NCBI RefSeq assembly: GCF_002269255.1 | Contig: NZ_CP022823.1 | Coordinates: forward strand, 2,874,054 to 2,898,053 | DNA: 24,000 nucleotides | DNA from: Klebsiella quasivariicola | GTDB taxonomy: Bacteria > Pseudomonadota > Gammaproteobacteria > Enterobacterales > Enterobacteriaceae | Direction of reading: 5' to 3' | Notes under the pieces: model-generated | What the model was told of the DNA's origin: nothing | Seen by the model: the letters and a program-made list of their open reading frames with translations, nothing else | Database searches by the model: none | Program-made: the position numbers and the translations under genes | Shown here: positions 7,030-17,936 of the stretch, piece by piece | How the letters are laid out: every line of letters starts with the position of its first letter | Position numbering within the stretch: position 1 is the stretch's first letter

Positions 7030-8301
7030 TTACTGGCTGACGGTTTTCACCGGATGGTCAGGTTTCTTATCGTTACCGGGGATCCACGGGCTCCACGGCT
7101 GCGCGCGAACGGGTTTATCGGTCTGCCAGACCACGTTGAACTGACCGTTGCCTTCAATTTCACCGATCATCACCGGCTTATGCAGATGATGGTTAGTGGC
7201 GTCCATGGTCAGGGTAAAGCCGGACGGCGCGTTGAAGGTCTGCCCGGCCATCGCCTCGCGCACTTTGTCGACATCGGTGGTGCCCGCTTTGGTCACCGCC
7301 TGCGCCCACATATGCAGACCCACCCAGGTCGCCTCCATCGGATCGTTGGTCACCACCGTATCGGCATTCGGCAGCTTGTGCGCTTTGGCATACGCGCGAT
7401 AATCGGCGACGAAGGCTTTGTTGGTCGGATTATCGACAGACTCAAAGTAGTTCCATGCCGCGAGGTTGCCGACCAGCGGTTTGGTATCGATGCCGCGCAG
7501 CTCCTCTTCCCCCACCGAGAAGGCCACCACCGGCACATCGGTCGCTTTCAGACCCTGGTTAGCCAGCTCTTTGTAGAACGGCACGTTGGAATCGCCATTG
7601 ATGGTGGAGACCACCGCCGTTTTGCCACCGGCGGCGAATTTTTTGATATTGGCGACGATGGTCTGGTAATCGCTGTAGCCGAACGGGGTGTAGACCTCCT
7701 CGATATCTTTGTCCTGGATCCCTTTGGCATGCAGGAAGGCGCGGAGGATCTTGTTGGTGGTGCGCGGATAGACGTAGTCCGTCCCCAGCAGGAAGAAACG
7801 TTTAGCGCCGCCGCCATCCTCGCTCAGCAGGTATTCCACCGCCGGGATGGCCTGCTGGTTAGGCGCCGCGCCGGTATAGAAGACGTTGGGGGACATCTCT
7901 TCCCCTTCGTACTGCACCGGGTAGAACAGCAGGCCGTTCAGCTCCTCAAACACCGGCAGCACCGATTTACGCGAGACCGAGGTCCAGCAGCCAAACACTA
8001 CCGCCACTTTATCCTGGGCCAGCAGCTGGCGCGCCTTCTCGGCAAACAGCGGCCAGTTGGAGGCCGGGTCGACCACCACCGGCTCCAGCTTTTTGCCCAG
8101 CACCCCGCCTTTGGCGTTGATGTCGTCGATGGCCATCAGCGCGACGTCCTTCAGCGGCGTTTCGGAAATCGCCATCGTCCCGGAGAGCGAATGCATGATC
8201 CCGACTTTGATGGTGTCGGCGGCATAGGCCTGAAAGGAGAGACCCATAGCCATAACAGAGGCGGAGAGTGCAAAAGCTTTTAATAACGTTCTACGTTGCA
8301 T
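7030..8301 (-). CDS. urtA: Urea ABC transporter substrate-binding protein UrtA
   Basis: 423 aa with a signal peptide (MQRRTLLKAFALSASVMAMGLSFQAYA/AD) and a LivJ/amide-urea binding fold signature (TIKVGIMHSLSGTMAISE). AGGAG RBS upstream. First gene of the urt cluster. Confidence 0.9.
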   Translation of the reverse strand: MQRRTLLKAFALSASVMAMGLSFQAYAADTIKVGIMHSLSGTMAISETPLKDVALMAIDDINAKGGVLGKKLEPVVVDPASNWPLFAEKARQLLAQDKVAVVFGCWTSVSRKSVLPVFEELNGLLFYPVQYEGEEMSPNVFYTGAAPNQQAIPAVEYLLSEDGGGAKRFFLLGTDYVYPRTTNKILRAFLHAKGIQDKDIEEVYTPFGYSDYQTIVANIKKFAAGGKTAVVSTINGDSNVPFYKELANQGLKATDVPVVAFSVGEEELRGIDTKPLVGNLAAWNYFESVDNPTNKAFVADYRAYAKAHKLPNADTVVTNDPMEATWVGLHMWAQAVTKAGTTDVDKVREAMAGQTFNAPSGFTLTMDATNHHLHKPVMIGEIEGNGQFNVVWQTDKPVRAQPWSPWIPGNDKKPDHPVKTVSQ

Positions 8302-8357
8302 GATTCACTCCTGAGTAGCGCAAAAATAAAGAATTAACAGCTAACCAGAGGTGATAA

Positions 8358-8373
8358 GGCAAAAAAGGTGCCA
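8358..8373 (-). promoter_or_regulatory. Sigma54 (RpoN) -24/-12 promoter for urtABCDE
   Basis: The minus strand reads TGGCAC-CTTTT-TTGCC, an exact fit to TGGCAC-N5-TTGC. It lies about 57 nt upstream of the urtA ATG, and nitrogen control of urea uptake is expected. Confidence 0.75.
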
Positions 8374-8427
8374 AGTTGTGAAAACAGCAGGATGCGGCGC
8401 AGGTGGGCGATAGTGGCGAAGAGGATG

Positions 8428-8458
8428 GCAGCGTTGCCTCATCACGGTGCAACGCTGC
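8428..8458 (-). promoter_or_regulatory. 10-bp perfect inverted repeat (GCAGCGTTGC N11 GCAACGCTGC) containing an NtrC-like site TGCACC-N5-GAGGCA (8435-8451); it may also act as a terminator hairpin for the upstream MetE-like gene
   Basis: Read directly. It matches the NtrC consensus TGCACC-N5-GGTGCA at 10 of 12 arm positions and sits about 60-90 bp upstream of the sigma54 -24 element. It begins 14 nt after the stop of the 8472-9575 gene but has no U-tract. Confidence 0.45.
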
Positions 8459-8471
8459 GCTAAGAAAGCAA

Positions 8472-9575
8472 TTACCAGACGTCGGCGGCGATGGAGGTCA
8501 CCAGGCGAACTTTCTGCCACTGCTGGTCTTCGCTGAGGGCATTGCCCTCTTCCGTGGAGGCGAAACCGCACTGCGGGCTGAGGCAGATCTGCTCGAGCGG
8601 TACGTACTGCGCGGCCTCGGCGAGACGCGCTTTGACCCCCTGCGGATTTTCCAGCTCACCGTTTTTGGTGGTGATCAGTCCGAGAACCACCTGCTGATGA
8701 CCGGGACGAATAAAGCGCAGCGGCGCGAAATCCCCGGAGCGGTCGTTGTCGTACTCGAGGAAGAAGGCATCGACATTGACGCCGCCAAACAGCACCTCGG
8801 CCACTGGCTCGTAACCCCCTTCCGAGATCCAGGTTGAACGGAAGTTACCCCGGCAGACGTGCAGGCCCACCGTCAGATCGGCTGGTTTACCCTCCAGCGC
8901 CTGGTTCAGCACCCGGGCATAAATACGCGCCAGCGCATCCGGATCCTCGCCGCGCTCGCGAACCTGCTGACGCTGGGCATCGGAGCACAGATAGGCCCAG
9001 ACGGTATCGTCCAGCTGCAGATAGCGGCAGCCGGCGTCATAAAACGCGCGGATCGCATCGCGCCAGGTGGTGGCCAGATCGTCGAAGTAGTCGCTCAGAT
9101 CCGGGTAGACCGTGGCATCAATATCTTTCCGTCCGCCGCGGAAGTGCAGCACGCTCGGGCTGGGAATGGTCATCTTCGGCTGCGCGTCGCCGCTGATGCT
9201 TTTCAGATAGCGGAAATCTTCGAGCATCGGGTGATCGCCGAAGGCCAGCTTGCCGGTGACGCGCACGCCGTGCGCTTTGGTTTGCACACCGTTGAACTGG
9301 ATCCCCTGGTCGGCATCATAACGCTCAACCCCCTGCAGGCCGTCGAAGAAATCGAAGTGCCACCATGCGCGACGAAACTCGCCGTCGGTGACCACATGCA
9401 GGCCGCAGTCGCACTGCTGCTGGACCAGATGACGGATCGCGTTATTCTCGATCTCGCGTAGCTGACCGGCGTCGATAACCCCCTCAGCCAGCTGCTGACG
9501 CGCCTGTTTAATACTGTTCGGGCGCAAAAAACTGCCGACGATGTCTGCGCGGAACGGGGCCTGTTGACGTTGCAT
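8472..9575 (-). CDS. Single-domain (C-terminal-domain-only) MetE-like methyltransferase, YxjG/YxjH-type cobalamin-independent methionine synthase family
   Basis: 367 aa. Contains family motifs I recognise: VTDGEFRR, the zinc-ligand motif LHVCRGNF (His-x-Cys), FFLEYD and the C-terminal SPQCGFAS (Cys ligand). AAGGAG RBS upstream. Confidence 0.8.
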   Translation of the reverse strand: MQRQQAPFRADIVGSFLRPNSIKQARQQLAEGVIDAGQLREIENNAIRHLVQQQCDCGLHVVTDGEFRRAWWHFDFFDGLQGVERYDADQGIQFNGVQTKAHGVRVTGKLAFGDHPMLEDFRYLKSISGDAQPKMTIPSPSVLHFRGGRKDIDATVYPDLSDYFDDLATTWRDAIRAFYDAGCRYLQLDDTVWAYLCSDAQRQQVRERGEDPDALARIYARVLNQALEGKPADLTVGLHVCRGNFRSTWISEGGYEPVAEVLFGGVNVDAFFLEYDNDRSGDFAPLRFIRPGHQQVVLGLITTKNGELENPQGVKARLAEAAQYVPLEQICLSPQCGFASTEEGNALSEDQQWQKVRLVTSIAADVW

Positions 9576-9627
9576 GCTGTCTCCTTAGCGGTGGGCGCGT
9601 TAGTTGCCCACCGTGATAGTTCATTAT

Positions 9628-9659
9628 TTGAATTTTTAGACTTCTGGATGGCTATATGT
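9628..9659. promoter_or_regulatory. Candidate MetJ operator: tandem 8-bp met-box-like repeats AGACTTCT GGATGGCT ATATGTCC (AGATACTG)
   Basis: Matches to the AGACGTCT consensus are 7/8, 5/8, 5/8 and 3/8, in contiguous 8-bp register. The array lies 53-84 nt upstream of the MetE-like ATG, immediately downstream of a possible promoter on the minus strand (TTGCGA-17 nt-CAGTAT). Confidence 0.45.
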
Positions 9660-9723
9660 CCAGATACTGGCATGCAGGCTGGCGGGTCGCAAACGAGAAT
9701 ATTTCATGGTACATGAAAAATTT

Positions 9724-10122
9724 TCAATCACCGGAAGCAAACGCATAGCCCTCATCTTCCCAGCCGGTCAGCCCACCGAGCATCATTTTCACCGGTCGCC
9801 CCAGCTCAGCCAGCTTCAGCGCGGCAACGTCGGCACCGTTGCAGTGCGGCCCGGCGCAGTAGACCACAAACACGGTATCTGCCGGCCAGGCCGCCATTCT
9901 CCCGGCGGTGATCTGACTGTGCGGGAGATGCAGCGCGCCGGGAAGATGCCGATGCGCGAAGGCCGCCTCGCTACCCACCACGTGCAGCAGGACAAAGTCG
10001 ACCTCGCCGGCACGCTGGGCGCTGTGTACATCGGCGCAGTCGGTTTCAAGATGCAGCTTATGGCGGAACCAGCGGATAGCCTCAGCGGAAGCGGCGGGGG
10101 TAAATTGGGTTACTACACTCAT
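9724..10122 (-). CDS. Rhodanese-domain sulfurtransferase
   Basis: 132 aa. The active-site loop VYCAGPHCNGA is typical of single-domain rhodaneses. AAGGAG RBS 7 nt upstream. Divergent from the GlxA-type regulator. Confidence 0.8.
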   Translation of the reverse strand: MSVVTQFTPAASAEAIRWFRHKLHLETDCADVHSAQRAGEVDFVLLHVVGSEAAFAHRHLPGALHLPHSQITAGRMAAWPADTVFVVYCAGPHCNGADVAALKLAELGRPVKMMLGGLTGWEDEGYAFASGD

Positions 10123-10189
10123 GGCGTCTTCTCCTTGTCTGTGATAACACTACTTTACTGACGCCCCTCACCCTTATCTGCCGGCAACC

Positions 10190-11287
10190 ATGACAGAAAA
10201 CGCTAACATCCTGACAACCCCTTCGGTGACACCGTCACGTCATCAGGTGGTCGCCCTTGCCTACGATGGCCTGTGCACCTTTGAGTTTGGCGTGGCCGTG
10301 GAGATCTTCGGCCTGCCGCGCCCGGAAATGGGCGACAACTGGTACCAGTTCGTCGTCGCCGCCGTCGATGAAGGCCCGCTGCGCGCCACCGGCGGCATCC
10401 GCCTGATGACCGACGGCGGCCCTGAACTTCTCGCCCAGGCGGATACGATTGTGGTCCCCGGCTGGCGCGGCATCGACGCCCCGGTCCCCGAGGCGCTGTG
10501 CGCCGCCCTGGCCGCCGCCCACGCCCGCGGGTGCCGGATTATTTCCATCTGTTCCGGGGTGTTCGTTCTCGCTGCCGCCGGGCTGCTCAATGGCCGCCAG
10601 GCGACAACCCACTGGCGCTACACCGCGGCGCTGCAGTCGCGTTTTCCGCAGATTCAGGTGGTGGAAGATGTCCTTTACGTGGGCGACGGTGTGCTGATGA
10701 CTTCCGCCGGCAGCGCGGCGGGGATCGACCTCTGTCTGCATCTGGTGCGCGAGGATTTCGGCAGCGAAGCCGCCAACGTCGTCGCCCGCCGCCTGGTCGT
10801 CTCTCCCCATCGCGACGGCGGTCAGGCGCAGCAGGTCCTGCGCCCGGTCGCCCGCAGCCGGGAGAGCCTGCGCCTTGGGCAGCTGTTTGACTATCTGCAC
10901 CAGCATCTTGCCGCCAGCCATACCGTCGCTTCCCTCGCGCAGCGCGCCGGCATGGGACCGCGCACCTTTTTGCGCCGCTTTGAGGAGGCGACCGGAAAAA
11001 CGCCCGCCCGCTGGCTGCTGGAGGAACGACTGCTGCGCGCCCGCCAGCACCTGACGGAGAGCACGATGGGCATCGATCAGATCGCTGAGCGCTGCGGGTT
11101 TGCCAGCGCCGGCACCCTGCGCCACCATTTTCGCCAGCACTTCGCGCTAAGCCCGCTGCAGTATCGGAAACAGTTTACGCCTTCTCCGATTGCAAAATCG
11201 TCGCAGCCACGGACAATAGGCGGCCACGGTAAACCGGTCGCCAGGAGGGTCGATGATGAAGAAAGAGTGTCGGGTAGTGATCTATAA
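10190..11287 (+). CDS. GlxA/FtrA-family transcriptional regulator (DJ-1/PfpI-like N-terminal domain plus AraC-type HTH)
   Basis: 365 aa. Has a class I glutamine-amidotransferase-like domain (IVVPGW, ISICSGVFVLAAAGLL) followed by an AraC HTH (RTFLRRFEEATGKTPARWLLEERL...IAERCGFASAGTLRHHFRQHF). The last ~40 aa are low-complexity and run into the next gene. Confidence 0.8.
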   Translation: MTENANILTTPSVTPSRHQVVALAYDGLCTFEFGVAVEIFGLPRPEMGDNWYQFVVAAVDEGPLRATGGIRLMTDGGPELLAQADTIVVPGWRGIDAPVPEALCAALAAAHARGCRIISICSGVFVLAAAGLLNGRQATTHWRYTAALQSRFPQIQVVEDVLYVGDGVLMTSAGSAAGIDLCLHLVREDFGSEAANVVARRLVVSPHRDGGQAQQVLRPVARSRESLRLGQLFDYLHQHLAASHTVASLAQRAGMGPRTFLRRFEEATGKTPARWLLEERLLRARQHLTESTMGIDQIAERCGFASAGTLRHHFRQHFALSPLQYRKQFTPSPIAKSSQPRTIGGHGKPVARRVDDEERVSGSDL

Positions 11288-11471
11288 AGAGGGGCTGCTG
11301 GGCAGCCTGTTTTTTGGCGAAGCCAAGGCCGACCCTGACAAAATGAGCCAGTTTCTCAGCAGCTATACCCGTGAGGGCTGGGAAGTGAAAACCATGTCGG
11401 TGGAGCGCCGCCGTACCGCCCTGTTCTGGTCGCGGGAAGCGTATCTGTTTGTGCTTGAACGCCCCCTCTGA
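11253..11471 (+). CDS. DUF4177-like small protein
   Basis: 72 aa (MMKKECRVVIYKEG...REGWEVKTMS...FVLERPL). The pattern resembles DUF4177 as I recall it (E-Y/C-K/R-V-V start, GWE-V core, F-x-R-P end). A strong AGGAGGG RBS lies 4-10 nt upstream. Confidence 0.6.
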   Translation: MMKKECRVVIYKEGLLGSLFFGEAKADPDKMSQFLSSYTREGWEVKTMSVERRRTALFWSREAYLFVLERPL

Positions 11472-11480
11472 CAGCGCCTG

Positions 11481-11508
11481 CGCCTGGTTTACACGCTTAA
11501 GCCAGGCG
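11481..11508. terminator. Weak hairpin (CGCCTGG N14 CCAGGCG) between the convergent DUF4177 and GNAT genes
   Basis: Read directly. 7-bp stem, large loop, no U-tract. Confidence 0.3.
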
Positions 11509-11511
11509 TGC

Positions 11512-11952
11512 TCAGGGCTGGCGAATATAGCCCTGCGCCTGCATGTTGTGCATACCCTCCTCGCTGGCGCAGACCATACCGGTGGTCAGCATGGCAAAAC
11601 CAACGCGCTGATAAAACGCAATCTTATCCGCCACCGCATAGATAAAAATTTTGCCGAAGGGCAGTAATTGTTCCCGAACGGCCAGCATCAGCTGTTGTCC
11701 GTAACCCTGCCCCTGCCGCGCGGGGACGATCGCCACATCCGCCAGATAGCTGCTCCAGGTGCAGTCGCTAATGGCTCGCGCCACGGCAATCAGCTGACCG
11801 TTCTCATAGCCAAACCAGCAGAAGGTGCTGTGGCGGAACGCCTGCTCCAGTTGCGCAACATCACGTTCATTGAGCCCGGCCTCGGCGATGATGCTTCGCA
11901 CCCGCTGCCAGTCCACCCGCCCGATCGCCTCTTTGCCCTCTATCACCATCAT
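11512..11952 (-). CDS. GNAT-family N-acetyltransferase
   Basis: Has an acetyl-CoA binding motif region (VAIVPARQGQGYGQQLM). I chose the start at MMVIEGKE (11952). The 190-aa track ORF starts inside the lacI terminator hairpin, and its first 44 codons look non-coding. Confidence 0.7.
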   Translation of the reverse strand: MMVIEGKEAIGRVDWQRVRSIIAEAGLNERDVAQLEQAFRHSTFCWFGYENGQLIAVARAISDCTWSSYLADVAIVPARQGQGYGQQLMLAVREQLLPFGKIFIYAVADKIAFYQRVGFAMLTTGMVCASEEGMHNMQAQGYIRQP

Positions 11953-12068
11953 GACCTTGTCTCCCGTCGTCTCCCGGATGGATCCCCGGAAGCAAGATCT
12001 AGCATGCCGCCGCAGGATCTGCCAGACGGCAAGCCGGACTGAAGACAACGCGAGAGGATGGAAGCGGC

Positions 12069-12096
12069 AAAAAAAAACCGCCATATGACTGGCGGT
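12069..12096 (-). terminator. Rho-independent terminator (ACCGCCA GTCATA TGGCGGT followed by T9 on the minus strand), downstream of lacI
   Basis: Read directly. 7-bp GC-rich stem (12077-12083 / 12090-12096), 6-nt loop, and a run of nine A on the plus strand (12069-12077), which is a U-tract on the minus strand. Confidence 0.8.
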
Positions 12097-12217
12097 AAAT
12101 CAATGCTTGCATGGATAGATTTTGTTTTGCATTTTCGCAGACAGATAATCCTGACCTCTCTACGTTGGCTGCCGAGGTTAGCATGGTCAACCTCAATAAA
12201 GCCTCAACGGTCAACGG

Positions 12218-13282
12218 CTATAGCTTTTCCACCAGTGCTTTGAGCTGCGCCAGGGTTTGCTGCCGGTCCTGCGCATCGGCGACCGGCCAGGCCGACTGGC
12301 GCACGATAAGCCGGGTCGGCAGCAGCTCGCGGATCCGCAGCTGCGGCGCCGCCATCAGGGCAATGAGCCGCTCCACCGCCCGCTGCCCCAGCAGATTGAA
12401 GTCCTGCGCCACCGTGGTCAGCGGCGGCTGGAAATAGAGACTGTCGGCGGTGTCATCGTAACCGGTCACCGACACCGCCTGGCTGCCGCTGCGGTTGAGC
12501 TGGGCCAGGGCGCTGAGCACGCCGAGCGCCATCTGATCGTTCGCCACGACAATGGCGCTAATCCGCGGCTGCAGATGCAGCAGCTCAAAAGTTTTCTGCC
12601 AGCCGCTGGCGGCGCTCCAGTCGCCGAATACCGTGGTTGAACGGGCGATATTCAGACTGTGCAGGGCCTCGCGCCAGCTGGCGAGACGCAGACGGGCGGA
12701 AACTGAGCTTTCCGGCCCCGCCAGCAGGCCAAATTCGCGATGCCCCAGCTCCCACAGGTGGCGCACGCAGGCCCCGCAGCCGTCGCGATGGTCGAAGCGC
12801 ACGCAGCAGACCTCGGCCTCCGGGGAGACGTCCAGAAACAGGCAGGCCATATCCGGGTTCTCTTTAACCAGCCGCTCGGCGGTGGCGCTCTCCAGCGGCA
12901 GGCTGACGATCACCCCGCGAATATGCTGGGCGCGCAGTTCGTCCAGCCGGGCCTGCAGCGCGACAAAATCGGCCTGCGCCGGCATCGCTATCGCCACCTC
13001 CAGCTGGTGCAGGCTGGCATGGCTTTTTACCGCAGCCGCGATCTGCGAGGGGGCATGCAGCGTCAGGGAGGCGGTAATCAGCCCGATGGAGGGCGCCGCC
13101 TTGCCGGCCAGCAGCTGCGCCGAACGGTTGGGCACATAGTGCAGCGTCTGCATCGCGCGGATCACCTGCTCCCGGGTGCGGGCTGACACCACCTCAGGAC
13201 GGTTCAGCACCCGGGAAACCGTCTGTTGGGACACGCCCGCCGCGCGGGCGACATCCTCCAGGGTTGCGGTACGACGCGGCAT
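12218..13282 (-). CDS. lacI: Lactose operon repressor LacI
   Basis: 354 aa. N-terminal HTH TLEDVARAAGVSQQTVSRVLN and a periplasmic-binding-protein-like core are typical of LacI/GalR. The gene is divergent from lacZ, which is the known Klebsiella arrangement. Confidence 0.9.
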   Translation of the reverse strand: MPRRTATLEDVARAAGVSQQTVSRVLNRPEVVSARTREQVIRAMQTLHYVPNRSAQLLAGKAAPSIGLITASLTLHAPSQIAAAVKSHASLHQLEVAIAMPAQADFVALQARLDELRAQHIRGVIVSLPLESATAERLVKENPDMACLFLDVSPEAEVCCVRFDHRDGCGACVRHLWELGHREFGLLAGPESSVSARLRLASWREALHSLNIARSTTVFGDWSAASGWQKTFELLHLQPRISAIVVANDQMALGVLSALAQLNRSGSQAVSVTGYDDTADSLYFQPPLTTVAQDFNLLGQRAVERLIALMAAPQLRIRELLPTRLIVRQSAWPVADAQDRQQTLAQLKALVEKL

Positions 13283-13413
13283 CTTTTCTCCTCAGCAATT
13301 ACAATGTCGTGCGCTAACATTTTATGTTCAAAATACGACAAAAAATAGCGCTTTGGCCTCGCTTTCGTGATCGTCTGTTAATTTCATATCCAGTGCGGTT
13401 GCTGGAAAAAACA

Positions 13414-16588
<3,175 letters not shown>

Positions 16589-16590
16589 TC

Positions 16591-16610
16591 CGTGGGGGCG
16601 AAAGTCCCCA
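16591..16610 (+). other. lacZ-lacY intercistronic hairpin GUGGGGGC-GAAA-GUCCCCAC (8-bp stem including one G-U pair, GNRA tetraloop)
   Basis: Read directly. It starts 3 nt after the lacZ stop codon. Confidence 0.6.
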
Positions 16611-16642
16611 CCCTACAAACAGAATAACAAGGGATCATGGTG

Positions 16643-17908
16643 ATGAAATTCTCTGAACTGGCGCCACGAGAACGGCATAATTTTGTCTATTTCCTGCTGT
16701 TCTTTTTCTTTTACTATTTCATTATGTCAGCCTACTTTCCGTTTTTCCCGGTGTGGCTGGCGGACGTTAACCATTTAACCAAAACGGAAACCGGGATCGT
16801 TTTCTCCTCCATCTCGTTATTCGCGATTATTTTTCAGCCGGTGTTCGGCCTGATGTCGGATAAGCTCGGCCTGCGCAAGCATCTGCTGTGGACCATTACG
16901 GTGCTGTTAATTCTCTTCGCACCGTTCTTTATTTTCGTTTTTTCCCCGCTGCTGCAAATGAATATTATCGCCGGGTCGCTGGTGGGCGGGATCTATCTGG
17001 GGATTGTTTTCTCCAGCGGCTCCGGGGCGGTGGAAGCCTATATCGAACGCGTCAGCCGCGCCAACCGCTTTGAATATGGCAAAGTGCGGGTCGCAGGCTG
17101 CGTCGGCTGGGCGCTGTGCGCCTCGATAACCGGCGTGCTGTTCGGCATCGACCCGAATATCACCTTCTGGATCGCCTCCGGCTTTGCGCTGGTGCTCGGC
17201 CTGCTGCTCTGGCTGTCGCGGCCGGAAAGCAGCAACAGCGCCGACGTTATCGAGGCGCTCGGCGCCAATCGCCAGGCCTTTTCGCTGCGCACCGCGGCAG
17301 AGCTGCTGCGTATGCCGCGCTTCTGGGGCTTTATTATCTATGTGGTGGGCGTCGCCAGCGTCTACGACGTGTTTGACCAGCAGTTCGCCAACTTTTTCAA
17401 AAGCTTTTTCGCCAGCCCGCAGCGCGGTACCGAAGTGTTTGGCTTCGTCACCACCGGTGGCGAGCTGCTCAATGCGCTGATCATGTTCTGCGCGCCGGCC
17501 ATTGTTAACCGTATCGGCGCCAAAAACGCCCTGCTGACGGCGGGGATGATCATGTCGGTGCGTATTCTCGGGTCGTCGTTTGCCTCATCGGCGGTGGAGG
17601 TGGTGATCCTCAAGATGCTGCATATGTTTGAGATCCCCTTCCTGCTGGTCGGAACCTTTAAATATATCTCCTCCGCCTTTAACCCGCGGCTTTCGGCCAC
17701 CCTGTTCCTGATCGGTTTTAACCTGTCGAAACAGTTGTCCGGGGTGGTGCTTTCCGCCTGGGTCGGCCGGATGTACGACACCGTGGGGTTTCATCAGGCG
17801 TATCTGATCCTCGGGTCTATCACCCTGAGCTTCACCCTGCTCTCATTCATCACCTTGCGCGGCGGTAAAAGCCTGCTGCCTGCTGCGGAGACGCAGACCC
17901 CCGCCTGA
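16643..17908 (+). CDS. lacY: Lactose permease LacY (MFS oligosaccharide:H+ symporter)
   Basis: [39 protein letters not shown]... is collinear with Klebsiella and E. coli LacY. I prefer the ATG at 16643 (AAGGGA 8 nt upstream) to 16637. Confidence 0.93.
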   Translation: MKFSELAPRERHNFVYFLLFFFFYYFIMSAYFPFFPVWLADVNHLTKTETGIVFSSISLFAIIFQPVFGLMSDKLGLRKHLLWTITVLLILFAPFFIFVFSPLLQMNIIAGSLVGGIYLGIVFSSGSGAVEAYIERVSRANRFEYGKVRVAGCVGWALCASITGVLFGIDPNITFWIASGFALVLGLLLWLSRPESSNSADVIEALGANRQAFSLRTAAELLRMPRFWGFIIYVVGVASVYDVFDQQFANFFKSFFASPQRGTEVFGFVTTGGELLNALIMFCAPAIVNRIGAKNALLTAGMIMSVRILGSSFASSAVEVVILKMLHMFEIPFLLVGTFKYISSAFNPRLSATLFLIGFNLSKQLSGVVLSAWVGRMYDTVGFHQAYLILGSITLSFTLLSFITLRGGKSLLPAAETQTPA

Positions 17909-17915
17909 CCGACGC

Positions 17916-17936
17916 GCCCGTCAGGGATGACAGGGC
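17916..17936. terminator. Hairpin (GCCCGTCA GGGA TGAC-A-GGGC) in the 28-nt gap between convergent lacY and the ATPase gene
   Basis: Read directly. 8-bp stem with one bulged A and no U-tract. It abuts the ATPase stop codon. Confidence 0.4.

Noticed and set aside
6787-8283. 498-aa plus-strand ORF, the longest unassigned ORF in the track
   Set aside because: It lies entirely antisense to urtA and the urtB 5' end. Its composition is Arg/Gly/His-rich and low-complexity, typical of stop-free antisense frames in high-GC genes. It has no RBS, and the urtA frame has a clear signal peptide and family motifs.
10235-11140. 301-aa minus-strand ORF
   Set aside because: It is antisense to the GlxA/FtrA-type regulator, whose frame carries clear domain motifs.
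11953-12084. Upstream start for the GNAT gene (190-aa version)
   Set aside because: That start codon lies inside the lacI terminator hairpin, and the extra 44 residues are Arg/Cys-rich with no similarity to GNAT N-termini.
11999-12214. 71-aa minus-strand ORF, or a possible sRNA, in the ~120-nt spacer between the lacI stop and its terminator. The spacer also holds a tandem TCAACGG TCAACGG and a GAGGTT...AACCTC hairpin (12174-12194).
   Set aside because: The ORF reads straight through the intrinsic terminator and has a poor sequence character. I found no convincing promoter for an independent RNA. It is most simply a long lacI 3'-UTR or a lac-island junction, though I cannot exclude a small RNA.
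13366-13381. CRP site for lacZ (CGTGA-TCGTCT-GTTAA)
   Set aside because: Only the left half-site is good. The right half matches TCACA at 1-2 of 5 positions. The spacing (about -60.5 from the tentative TSS) is suggestive but depends on an unverified promoter call, so I have not reported it as a feature.
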